Shown: positions 55,992-64,000 of the stretch, in pieces | Numbering within the stretch: position 1 is the first letter of the stretch | Layout of the letters: every line of letters begins with the position of its first letter | Assembly: GCA_963804645.1 (NCBI GenBank) | Contig: CAWDRG010000011.1 | Span: 1-64,000 of the forward strand | Reading direction: 5' to 3' | Source of the DNA: an uncultured Bacillota bacterium | GTDB lineage: Bacteria; Sysuimicrobiota; Sysuimicrobiia; Sysuimicrobiales; Segetimicrobiaceae | Length of the DNA: 64,000 bases | Made by a program: the position numbers and the translations under genes | The notes under the pieces: model-generated | The model's database searches: none | What the model was told of the DNA's origin: nothing | What the model saw: the letters and a program-made list of their open reading frames with translations, nothing else

Positions 55992-58228
55992 TTGACGATC
56001 GCCCACACGTAGATCATGGTGTAGAGCACGATCCAGACCGCGTCGACGAAGTGCCAGTACAGCGCGACGCACTCGACGCCCACCGAGGTGCGGCCGCGGA
56101 ACTGGCCGGCGAGCGCCAGCACCAGCAGCGCCGCGAGCAGGACCAGACCGAGAAACACGTGCAGCCCGTGGAACCCCGTGAGGGTGAAGAACGTGGCGCC
56201 GAATAGATCGCGCGACACGGTGACGTTCGACTGGATCAGGCCCCACCACTCCTGCCCCTGGCCGAACAGGAACAGCCCGCCGAGGACGATCGTCGCGGCG
56301 AGCCACCCGATGAACGACCCGCGCCGGCCGCGCGTCTGCTCGCGCATCCCCCACCACAACGTCACGCTGCTGGCGATCAGGAACGCCGTGTTGAGGCCGG
56401 CCCGGTCCGGGTGCAGCACCTGCGCGGCCGTGGGGCCCGGGGACGGGTTCACATGGTAGTAAATGTACGAAATGATCAAGATCAGGAAGAACATCGCCTC
56501 GGACGCGATGAAGATCATCATCCCGAGCTGGGCCGCCGGCATCGGGAACGGCCGGGTCCGCTGCGCGAGCTCGCGCCACCACGGCGGCCGGTGCGACTCG
56601 GCCGGATGGGCGAGATCCCACAGCGGCCGGCGGCCCCAGATCGGCGGCACGCGGTCGAAGTTGTGCTCCGGCGGCGGCGACGCCGTCGCCCACTCCAGGC
56701 TCCACGCGTCCCAGGGGTTGTCGCCGGCCGGGGCGCCGTGGCGCAGGCTGCGCACGACGTCCACGATCCAGACCAGGACCGACAGCGCCAGCACGTACGA
56801 GCCGATCGTCGAGATCAGGTTGAAGAGGCCCCAGTACGGCAGATCGGGATAGGTGAACACCCGCCGCGGCATGCCCATGAGCCCGAGAACGTGCTGGATC
56901 ATGAACGTCAGGTTGAACCCGGCGAACATGAGCCAGAACACCCACTTGCCCCACCGCTCGTCCAGCATCCGGCCGGTCATCTTCGGGAACCAGTAGTAGA
57001 ACCCGGCGAACAGGGCGAACGCCGTGCCCCCGAACAGTACGTAGTGCATGTGCGCGACGACGTAGTACGTGTCGGTGACCTGCCAGTCGATGGGCACCGC
57101 GGTGAAGCTGACCCCGGTGATGCCGCCGATCGTGAACATCGCGAGAAACGCGAGGCAGAACATCATCGCGGTGGTAAAGCGGATGCGGCCGCCCCACAGC
57201 GTCGCGCACCAGTTGAGGATCTTGATCCCGGTCGGAATCGCGATCAACATGCTCGTCAGCGCGAAGAACGCGTCCCACTCGAATCCGAGCCCGGTCGCGA
57301 ACATGTGGTGCGCCCACACCGCGAGGCTGAGAAACGCGATCGCCGCGGTGGATGCCGCGACGAACTCATAGCCGTAGATCGCCTTCCCGGCGAACACCGG
57401 GATGACCTCGGAGATAATCCCGAACGCCGGCAGCACCATGATGTAGACTTCCGGATGCCCGAACGACCAGAAGTAGTGCTGCCACAGCACCGCGGAACCG
57501 CCGCCGGCCGGCGCGAACACGTGCGCATTCAGCAGCCGGTCGATCAGCAGCGTGACCAGGGACGCGTTCAGGACCGGCAGCGCCAGCAGCACGAGCACCG
57601 AGTTGACGAGCACCATCCAGGTGAACAGCGGCAGCCGCGTGAGCGCCAGCCCCGGGGCCCGGAGCGCCAGGATCGTGACCATCAGATTGATCGACGCCGT
57701 GATCGTGCCGATGCCGGTCGCGAGGAGCCCGAGCGCCCAGTAGTCTTCCCCGGTCGTCATGCTGAACGGCCGCTCGCTGAGCGGCGCGTAGCTGAACCAT
57801 CCCGCGTCCGGAGCGCCGCCGGCCAGATAGCTGTAGTACAGCAAGAGGCCGCCGAAGACGAGGAACCAGAAGCTCATCGCGTTCATCCGCGGGAACGCGA
57901 TGTCCCGGGCGCCGACCTGCAGCGGGACGAGATACGTCGCGAGCCCGATCAGCATCGGCATCACGACGAGGAAGATCATGGTGGTCCCGTGCATCGTGAA
58001 CACTTCGTTGTACGCCTGCGGGCTGAGGAACGTGTTCTCGGGACGGATCAGCTGCGTACGCATCAAGAGCGCCTGCACGCCGCCCAAGAGAAAGAACACC
58101 ATCGTGGCCATCAGGTACATGAGGCCGATCTGCTTATGGTCGAGCGAGGCGATCCAGGCGTACCACCCCGTGTCGTCGTGCGCCGCCGCGGGCGCCGCGA
58201 GATCACCCGGCAGAGACAGGTCGCTCAT
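55988..58228 (-). CDS. ctaD: Cytochrome c oxidase subunit I-III fusion (A1 type)
   Basis: DHKQIG, HGTTMIF, FGHPEVY, WAHH, AHMHY; then IASEAMFF, TGFHGLHV, YWHFVD (subunit III). Confidence 0.93.
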   Translation of the reverse strand: MSDLSLPGDLAAPAAAHDDTGWYAWIASLDHKQIGLMYLMATMVFFLLGGVQALLMRTQLIRPENTFLSPQAYNEVFTMHGTTMIFLVVMPMLIGLATYLVPLQVGARDIAFPRMNAMSFWFLVFGGLLLYYSYLAGGAPDAGWFSYAPLSERPFSMTTGEDYWALGLLATGIGTITASINLMVTILALRAPGLALTRLPLFTWMVLVNSVLVLLALPVLNASLVTLLIDRLLNAHVFAPAGGGSAVLWQHYFWSFGHPEVYIMVLPAFGIISEVIPVFAGKAIYGYEFVAASTAAIAFLSLAVWAHHMFATGLGFEWDAFFALTSMLIAIPTGIKILNWCATLWGGRIRFTTAMMFCLAFLAMFTIGGITGVSFTAVPIDWQVTDTYYVVAHMHYVLFGGTAFALFAGFYYWFPKMTGRMLDERWGKWVFWLMFAGFNLTFMIQHVLGLMGMPRRVFTYPDLPYWGLFNLISTIGSYVLALSVLVWIVDVVRSLRHGAPAGDNPWDAWSLEWATASPPPEHNFDRVPPIWGRRPLWDLAHPAESHRPPWWRELAQRTRPFPMPAAQLGMMIFIASEAMFFLILIISYIYYHVNPSPGPTAAQVLHPDRAGLNTAFLIASSVTLWWGMREQTRGRRGSFIGWLAATIVLGGLFLFGQGQEWWGLIQSNVTVSRDLFGATFFTLTGFHGLHVFLGLVLLAALLVLALAGQFRGRTSVGVECVALYWHFVDAVWIVLYTMIYVWAIVK

Positions 58229-59139
58229 TGACGCGTCTCCAAGTAGGCGACCAACGAGCGGACCTGGTCGGGCGTGAGGTGAAAGTTCGGCATCAGCACC
58301 CCGGGCTTCAGCGCGTTCGGGTCCGCGAGCCAGCGCGCCAGCGTCTCCGGGGTGTTCGCGGTGCGGCCGGCGGCCAGCGTCTGACGCGCGGCGAAGTGCG
58401 TCAGATCCGGGCCTACCGCGACCCCGGTGCCGTGGCAGCTGTCGCAGGTCATCGACGCGTACAGGTGCATCCCGGCCACCGCGTCGGGCGACGCGGGCGC
58501 CGGGGCCGGCTGCCGCTGGGCGGCCGTCCACGCCGCGAAGGCGTCGGGCGTCTGGGCGACGACCAGGATCCGCATCCAGGCGTGCTCGAGGCCGCAGAAC
58601 TGCGCGCAGGTCCCGATGTACTCGCCGGGCGCGTCGGCCTGGAGCCAGATCTCGTTCGGGTGGCCCGGGATGGTCTGGATCTTCGGCGCCAGCTGCGGCA
58701 CCCAGAACGTATGGATCACGTCCACCGAGTCGACCCGGACCAAGAGCGGGCGGCCGGTGGGGATGTGCACCTCATTGGCGGCGACGACGCCGTCCTGGGG
58801 GTACCGGATCTCCCACCACCACTGGTGGCCGATGACGACGAGATCGGGCTGGCGGGCGCCGGCGGACGGATCGACGGCACGCATCACACGCAGGGTCGGC
58901 ACGAGGATCACCAGCAGGATGAGCGCGGCCGCGCCGGTCCAGACGTACTCCCACTTGGGCGCGGCTTCGACCTGGGGCACGTCCGGCTGGCCGGGGCGCG
59001 CGCGGAACCGGATCGCCGCCACCACCACCAGGCCGGCCACGACGACGAATACGGCCAGGCCGAGCCACAGCACAAACTCGAACAAACCGCGCGTCGCATA
59101 GGCTGCGGGAGATGCAGGGTTGAAGGGGGAGCTGATCAT
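58225..59139 (-). CDS. ctaC: Cytochrome c oxidase subunit II with fused cytochrome c (caa3 type)
   Basis: GHQWWW, DVIHTFWVP, CAQFCGLEHAWM (CuA), CDSCH. Confidence 0.93.
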   Translation of the reverse strand: MISSPFNPASPAAYATRGLFEFVLWLGLAVFVVVAGLVVVAAIRFRARPGQPDVPQVEAAPKWEYVWTGAAALILLVILVPTLRVMRAVDPSAGARQPDLVVIGHQWWWEIRYPQDGVVAANEVHIPTGRPLLVRVDSVDVIHTFWVPQLAPKIQTIPGHPNEIWLQADAPGEYIGTCAQFCGLEHAWMRILVVAQTPDAFAAWTAAQRQPAPAPASPDAVAGMHLYASMTCDSCHGTGVAVGPDLTHFAARQTLAAGRTANTPETLARWLADPNALKPGVLMPNFHLTPDQVRSLVAYLETRQ

Positions 59140-59381
59140 CGGGTGCCGCCTGCCCCTTGCACGCTGGCGTGTACCTTCCGCGACGTCCGCGAATCACGCG
59201 ACTGCTTACACGCGCCGCCGCACCCTTCCTTCTTCCCGCCCGCTGTGCGCGGAGATCGCCGTCATTCGTGCGGAGTCCGCACGTGCCCCGTGGGACCGCG
59301 CGGTGGGAGAAGCGAACACGGGACCGGCCGCCGCGGCCGGTCCCGTGCCACATCGTGCCCGACGAGAAGCGGCGCCCGCCG

Positions 59382-60494
59382 CTACTGTCCCGCCGGGGTC
59401 TGCTCGAGCGTCACCGTCACGTACTGCGTGTGGCCCTGGCGCAGCACCATCAGCAGGATCTTGGACCCCACCTTGGCGCCGTGCACCGTCGTCACGAGCG
59501 TGGCGGGATCGGGGGTCGGATGTCCCGCGGCCTGCACGATCACATCGCCGCGCTGGAGGCCGGCCGCGGCCGCGGGGCTGTTGGGTGCCACGTCGGCAAC
59601 CAGCGCGCCCTTGGTGTCGACCGCCAGGCCGAGCTGCGACGCGATATCCGGCGTCAGCGGCTGCAAGTACACGCCCAGGTACGGCCGGGTCACGTGACCG
59701 GTCGCGATCAGCTGGGCCATGATGCCCTTCGCGGTATTGATCGGAATCGAGAACCCGATGCCCTGCGCGTCCTCGAACTTGGCGCTGTTGACGCCGATCA
59801 CCTGGCCCCGCGTGTCGATGAGAGGCCCGCCGCTGTTCCCCGGGTTGATCGGGGCGTCGGTCTGGATGAACGTTTCCTCCGGACCATTCGGCAGCGTCCG
59901 GCCCATGGCGCTGATCACGCCCGCGGTGACGGTGAAATTGAGGCCGTAGGGATTGCCGATCGCGATCGCCCAGTCGCCGGGTTGGAGCGACGACGAGTCA
60001 CCCAGCGGCGCGACGGGCAGTCCGGTGGCCTGAATCCGCACGACCGCCAGGTCGGTCGCCGTGTCGGCGCCCACCACGGTCCCGTTGAACGTCCGGCCGT
60101 CGAGCAGGGTCACGGTCAGCTTCTGGGCGCCCTGGACGACGTGCGCGTTCGTCAAGATGTAGCCCTCGGGACTGACGATCACGCCGGAGCCGATCGCCTT
60201 CTCCTGCTGCGGGCCGGACGGCATGCCCGGGACCCCGCCGAAGAACGGGTTCATCGGCATGGTGTCGTTCGAGGACTGCACGGTCTGCACCGTGCTGATG
60301 TTCACGACCGCAGGCCGCACCATCGCGACCGCGGCGACAAACGGGCTCCGCACACCAGTGTCGGGCAGCGGTTGGACGGGTACCGCCGCGGCCTCCACCG
60401 CGTGCGGCGCGACGTGCTGCGACAAGGCCGCTCCCGCGCCGCCGCCGACCGCGGCGACGAGCGCGACCACGACCAGCAATTCAGCGTAGCGCAT
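59382..60494 (-). CDS. HtrA/DegP-family serine protease, one PDZ domain
   Basis: LTNAHVV, DLAVV, IQTDAPINPGNSGGPL, PDZ. Confidence 0.93.
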   Translation of the reverse strand: MRYAELLVVVALVAAVGGGAGAALSQHVAPHAVEAAAVPVQPLPDTGVRSPFVAAVAMVRPAVVNISTVQTVQSSNDTMPMNPFFGGVPGMPSGPQQEKAIGSGVIVSPEGYILTNAHVVQGAQKLTVTLLDGRTFNGTVVGADTATDLAVVRIQATGLPVAPLGDSSSLQPGDWAIAIGNPYGLNFTVTAGVISAMGRTLPNGPEETFIQTDAPINPGNSGGPLIDTRGQVIGVNSAKFEDAQGIGFSIPINTAKGIMAQLIATGHVTRPYLGVYLQPLTPDIASQLGLAVDTKGALVADVAPNSPAAAAGLQRGDVIVQAAGHPTPDPATLVTTVHGAKVGSKILLMVLRQGHTQYVTVTLEQTPAGQ

Positions 60495-60893
60495 TCTTAC
60501 CATTCGTTCGTGCCTCCCAGCCCCCAGGATTCCGAAGCGCCGCGTCGGGGTGCCGTGTGCTCAAGTGGATCTCGCGCTTCGGGACGTTTCGCACGCTTCC
60601 GTGTTGTAGTCTCCACACAAGAACGAGCCCGATCTCGCGCAGGTTCCGTCGGAATCGAAAAAAATTCTGGGTACGGAGCCGGGATCGCGGACCGAGCGGG
60701 AGGCGGTGCCATGCTGCGGCGCCCCTCTCCCCCGGCGGCGCTCGGGTCGGCCTGCGCGATGGGATGGGGCGACCGCGTCCCGCCGCGGCACTCCGCGACC
60801 CTCGCGGCGGTCCGGCCTCCAGACCCGGTGGGCATACATTCCTGCGGGGGGACGAGCGCTCGCAGGCATGGGGCGGCGGCCAGGGTGACGGGG

Positions 60894-61775
60894 ATGGAGC
60901 GGCTCGGGCTGGGGATCGGCTTTGGCTTGGTGACCGGAGGCGTGCTCGCCCTCTCGGCGATCGCATTTACCCTCCAGTACTCGGTCAGCCGGATCCCCAA
61001 CCTCGCCTTCGGCGAGCTGTTGACCTACGGAGCCTACACGGGCTACCTGGCGAGCCGGTGGACCCACAACCTCGCCGCCGCGGCGGCGGCGGCGGCGCTG
61101 ACCGGGAGCGTGATCGGCTGGGCGATCAACGCGGGCATGATCGAGCCGTTCCTGCGGGCGCGCGTACGGACGTCCGCGATCTTCATCGGGACGCTCGCGG
61201 TCTCGCTCGTGCTCCAAAACATCATCCTGCTGGCCTTCGGCGGGGCGAGCATCGCGTACCCGCTGCCGCCGGAGGATTCGCAGCGCGTCGGGCCGTTCAT
61301 CTGGACGCCCCGGGATGAGCAGAGTCTGGCCGCCGCCCTCGTCGTCATGCTCCTGCTCTACATCCTGCTGCGGCACACGAAGTTCGGCAAGGCCCTGCGC
61401 GCGATCGCGGACAACCGCGACCTCGCCCGGGTCTCCGGCATCCAGGCGCACCGCATCATTGAACTCACGTGGGGGCTTGGGGGCCTCGTCGCCGGATTCG
61501 CGGGCTTCGTCCTGGCCGTCACCCTCGGCACGCTGACGCCGACCTTCGGCTTTACGTTTCTCCTCGTGACGATGGCGGCCGCGGTCGCGGGAGGTCTCGG
61601 TCGGCCCCAGGGTGCCCTGGTGGCGGCGCTCCTGATCGGGATCGCGATGGAGGTCAGCGCGCTGTATGTCGACGCGTCCTATAAGCTCCTGATCGCCTTC
61701 GGACTCCTCGTTCTCGTCCTGTTGGTCCGCCCGGCGGGCCTCGTCGCCGGCGAGGGAGGGAGCGCCGCCGCGTGA
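60894..61775 (+). CDS. Branched-chain amino acid ABC permease (LivH-like)
   Basis: NLAFGEL, TKFGKALRAIADNRDLARVSGI, VRPAGL. Confidence 0.88.
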   Translation: MERLGLGIGFGLVTGGVLALSAIAFTLQYSVSRIPNLAFGELLTYGAYTGYLASRWTHNLAAAAAAAALTGSVIGWAINAGMIEPFLRARVRTSAIFIGTLAVSLVLQNIILLAFGGASIAYPLPPEDSQRVGPFIWTPRDEQSLAAALVVMLLLYILLRHTKFGKALRAIADNRDLARVSGIQAHRIIELTWGLGGLVAGFAGFVLAVTLGTLTPTFGFTFLLVTMAAAVAGGLGRPQGALVAALLIGIAMEVSALYVDASYKLLIAFGLLVLVLLVRPAGLVAGEGGSAAA

Positions 61776-63505
61776 CGGCTTATCTCACCGCCCTCGCCAC
61801 CGAGGGGTGCATCTTCTCGATCATGGCGCTCGGGCTCAACGTCATCTGGGGCTGGGCGGGCGATCTTGACCTGGCGTTCTATGGATACGTCGCGGTCGGT
61901 GCCTACATGGCGATGGTGACCAGCATCGGCCGGCTCCCCGCCCCGGCGCAGTATGTGCTCGGATGGCACCTGCCGTTTCCCCTCGCCGCCCTGATCGCGA
62001 CCGCCAGTGCCGCCCTCCTCGCGCTCGGCGTGGGGGCCGTCGCGCTGCGGCGGCTGCGCGCCGTCTATTTCGCGATCGTGACGCTCAGCGCCGTCTTGAT
62101 GCTGCAGACCGTCATCAGTGACTACACACCGCTGTTCAACGGATTCGACGGGCTGTACGGCATGCCGCAGCCGTTCAACGACACGCTCCATCTCGCCCCC
62201 CAGGCGTACTCGGTCTTCTTCGTCGGCTTCGCGCTGCTGTGTCTGGCGGTCGTCTACGTGCTGCTCGACCGTCTCTCCCGGAGCCCGTTCGGCCGCGCGC
62301 TGCGCGCGGTGCGGGAGCGGGAGCGCGCCGCCGCCGCCTTCGGCCGGAGCGTGTACGCGCTCAAGCTTACCGCGTACGTGCTCGGAGCAGCCCTCGGCGG
62401 ATTCGGAGGCGCGCTGCTGGCCGCGTCCCAGGGGGCATTCAATCCGACCGCATGGCCGCCGACCGAGACGCTCGACCTGTACGTCGCCATCTTCGTCGGC
62501 GGCATGGGCAACATCCGCGGGGTCATCCTCGGGGTGTTCCTCGTGCTCGTCCTGTTTCAGGAGAGCACCCGCTTCGTCCCGGCGCTGTGGGGCAACCCCA
62601 ACGTCTCGGTGGCGGTGCGCGAGATTCTTCTGGGCGTCATGATCCTCGTCACCATGCGGTATCGGATCCAGGGGCTGTGGCCCGACGGCGCGAAGCGGGT
62701 CCGGCGGCCGGCGCGACCGGCGGCCGGCACCGGGCCGGTGCTGCTCGAGGTGCGCGGGCTCTCGAAGCGCTTCGGCGGCGCCGAGGTCGTGCGGGACTGC
62801 TCGTTCGAGGTGCGGGAGGGCACGGTCGTCGGCCTGATCGGGCCGAACGGCGCCGGCAAGAGCACCGCCGTCGAACTCATCACGGGCTTCGCGCGGCCCG
62901 ACGCGGGCGTGGTGCGATTTGCCGGCCGCGAGATCCAAGGCTGGGCCCCCGACCGCATCGCGCGTCTCGGCCTGATCCGGACCTTCCAGCTCCCCCACGA
63001 GTGGCCGGGGCTCACCGTCCTGGAGAACATGATCCTCGCCGCGCCGGCCAAGGGGCGGGACGCGATTTGGCGGCCGTTCTTCGCGGCCGGCGCGCTGCGC
63101 CGCGCCGAGGCCGCCGACCGGGAGCGTGCCGCGGATCTCCTGGACACGTTCGGGCTGCTGGAACATCAGGATGAGCTCGCGGGCACGCTGAGCGGCGGGG
63201 AGAAGCGTCTTTTGGAGTTCGCCCGCATCGCGATGGCCCAGCCCCGGCTGATGATCCTCGATGAGCCAATGGGCGGCGTGAACCCCGTCCTCGGCGCCCG
63301 CATCGCGGACGCGATCGCGCGCCTCGTGGCGCTGGGCGTCACGGTCGTCATCGTCGAGCACGACCTCGCCTTCGTCGAGCGGGTGTGCGACGTCGTGATC
63401 GTCATGGCGCTCGGCGCGGCGATCGCGACCGGGCCGCTGCCCGCACTGCGCGCCGACCGCGCGGTCATCGACGCGTACCTCGGCGAGGCCGCCGTCCATG
63501 CCTAA
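61772..63505 (+). CDS. LivM permease fused to LivG ATPase
   Basis: GLNVIWGWAG, SPFGRALRAVRE; then GLIGPNGAGKST, LSGGEKR, LDEP, YLG. Confidence 0.88.
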   Translation: MTAYLTALATEGCIFSIMALGLNVIWGWAGDLDLAFYGYVAVGAYMAMVTSIGRLPAPAQYVLGWHLPFPLAALIATASAALLALGVGAVALRRLRAVYFAIVTLSAVLMLQTVISDYTPLFNGFDGLYGMPQPFNDTLHLAPQAYSVFFVGFALLCLAVVYVLLDRLSRSPFGRALRAVRERERAAAAFGRSVYALKLTAYVLGAALGGFGGALLAASQGAFNPTAWPPTETLDLYVAIFVGGMGNIRGVILGVFLVLVLFQESTRFVPALWGNPNVSVAVREILLGVMILVTMRYRIQGLWPDGAKRVRRPARPAAGTGPVLLEVRGLSKRFGGAEVVRDCSFEVREGTVVGLIGPNGAGKSTAVELITGFARPDAGVVRFAGREIQGWAPDRIARLGLIRTFQLPHEWPGLTVLENMILAAPAKGRDAIWRPFFAAGALRRAEAADRERAADLLDTFGLLEHQDELAGTLSGGEKRLLEFARIAMAQPRLMILDEPMGGVNPVLGARIADAIARLVALGVTVVIVEHDLAFVERVCDVVIVMALGAAIATGPLPALRADRAVIDAYLGEAAVHA

Positions 63506-64000
63506 CGCGCCCGCCCTCGCGGTCCACGGGCTGACCGCGGGCTACTTCGGCCCGCCGATCATCCAGGATGTCGAGGTCCACGCCGAGCGGGCCAGGATTA
63601 CGGCGGTCGTCGGCCCAAACGGAGCGGGCAAGTCCACGCTGCTGCGCGCCGTGGCGGGCATCATCCGACCCGACCGCGGCCGGGTGTTCCTCGACGGCGC
63701 CGACGTAACCGGCGCCGCGCCGGAAGCGCTGGTACGGATCGGCATCGTCTACGTGCCTCAGGTCGCCAATATCTTCCCCGGACTGACCGTCCTCGAAAAT
63801 CTCGAGATGGGCGGCTACGTGCGCGCCCGCGGGGTCCGCCGCCGGATCGGCGAGGTCTGCGGGCTCTTCCCCGCGCTCGGAGCGGCGCTGCGGCGGCCGG
63901 CCGGCACGCTGAGCGGCGGAGAGCGCAGCATGCTGGCGATCGCGCGGGGGCTCATGGTCGAGCCGTCGGTATTGCTGCTCGACGAGCCGAGCACCGGCCT
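63498..64000 (+). CDS. LivF-like ABC ATPase (partial, runs off window)
   Basis: VVGPNGAGKSTLL, LTVLENLEMGGY, LSGGERSMLAIARGLM, LLLDEPS. Confidence 0.88.
   Translation, partial: MPNAPALAVHGLTAGYFGPPIIQDVEVHAERARITAVVGPNGAGKSTLLRAVAGIIRPDRGRVFLDGADVTGAAPEALVRIGIVYVPQVANIFPGLTVLENLEMGGYVRARGVRRRIGEVCGLFPALGAALRRPAGTLSGGERSMLAIARGLMVEPSVLLLDEPSTG

Noticed and set aside
1..64000. CRISPR array or cas genes
   Set aside because: No regularly spaced repeats with unique spacers seen; the only tandem repeat is coding (amidase linker).

Overview
High-GC bacterial chromosome window in two parts. (1) 455-26058 is a ~25.5 kb genomic island integrated at the 3' half of tRNA-Pro(TGG). It has a 46-bp att duplication, paired arm-type repeats and only a C-terminal remnant of its tyrosine integrase. 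Its cargo is a catabolic operon (Dpp-type ABC uptake, M20 amidohydrolase, three MmgE/PrpD paralogues, ornithine-cyclodeaminase-like enzyme), SDRs, a DM13 protein, an ECF sigma/zf-HC2 anti-sigma pair and a UxxC selenoprotein with a SECIS hairpin that the ORF track splits in two. At 11621-18047 four mobile elements are nested. An IS481 carries an ORF-less 811-nt group II intron in its left terminal repeat, and the intron's EBS1 matches that repeat. An IS110 sits just inside the same end. The IS110 transposase is interrupted by a 2.8-kb large-serine-recombinase element. Reconstructing that element's circle shows a DUF5372-like gene that gets its RBS and start codon only across attP, i.e. only after excision; this is the most novel-looking feature. 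(2) 26090-64000 looks like core genome: DUF885, rdgB, rph, AMIN amidase, peptide ABC, glk, AKR, chlorite-dismutase/HemQ-like, DinB, a fused PP2C/kinase/STAS regulator, hydantoinase/oxoprolinase A/B, S9 peptidase, a joint cytochrome bc + caa3 oxidase operon, HtrA and Liv-type ABC genes. Several single-base frameshifts, mostly in short homopolymers, may be sequencing errors. Family names come from motif recognition, not database searches.
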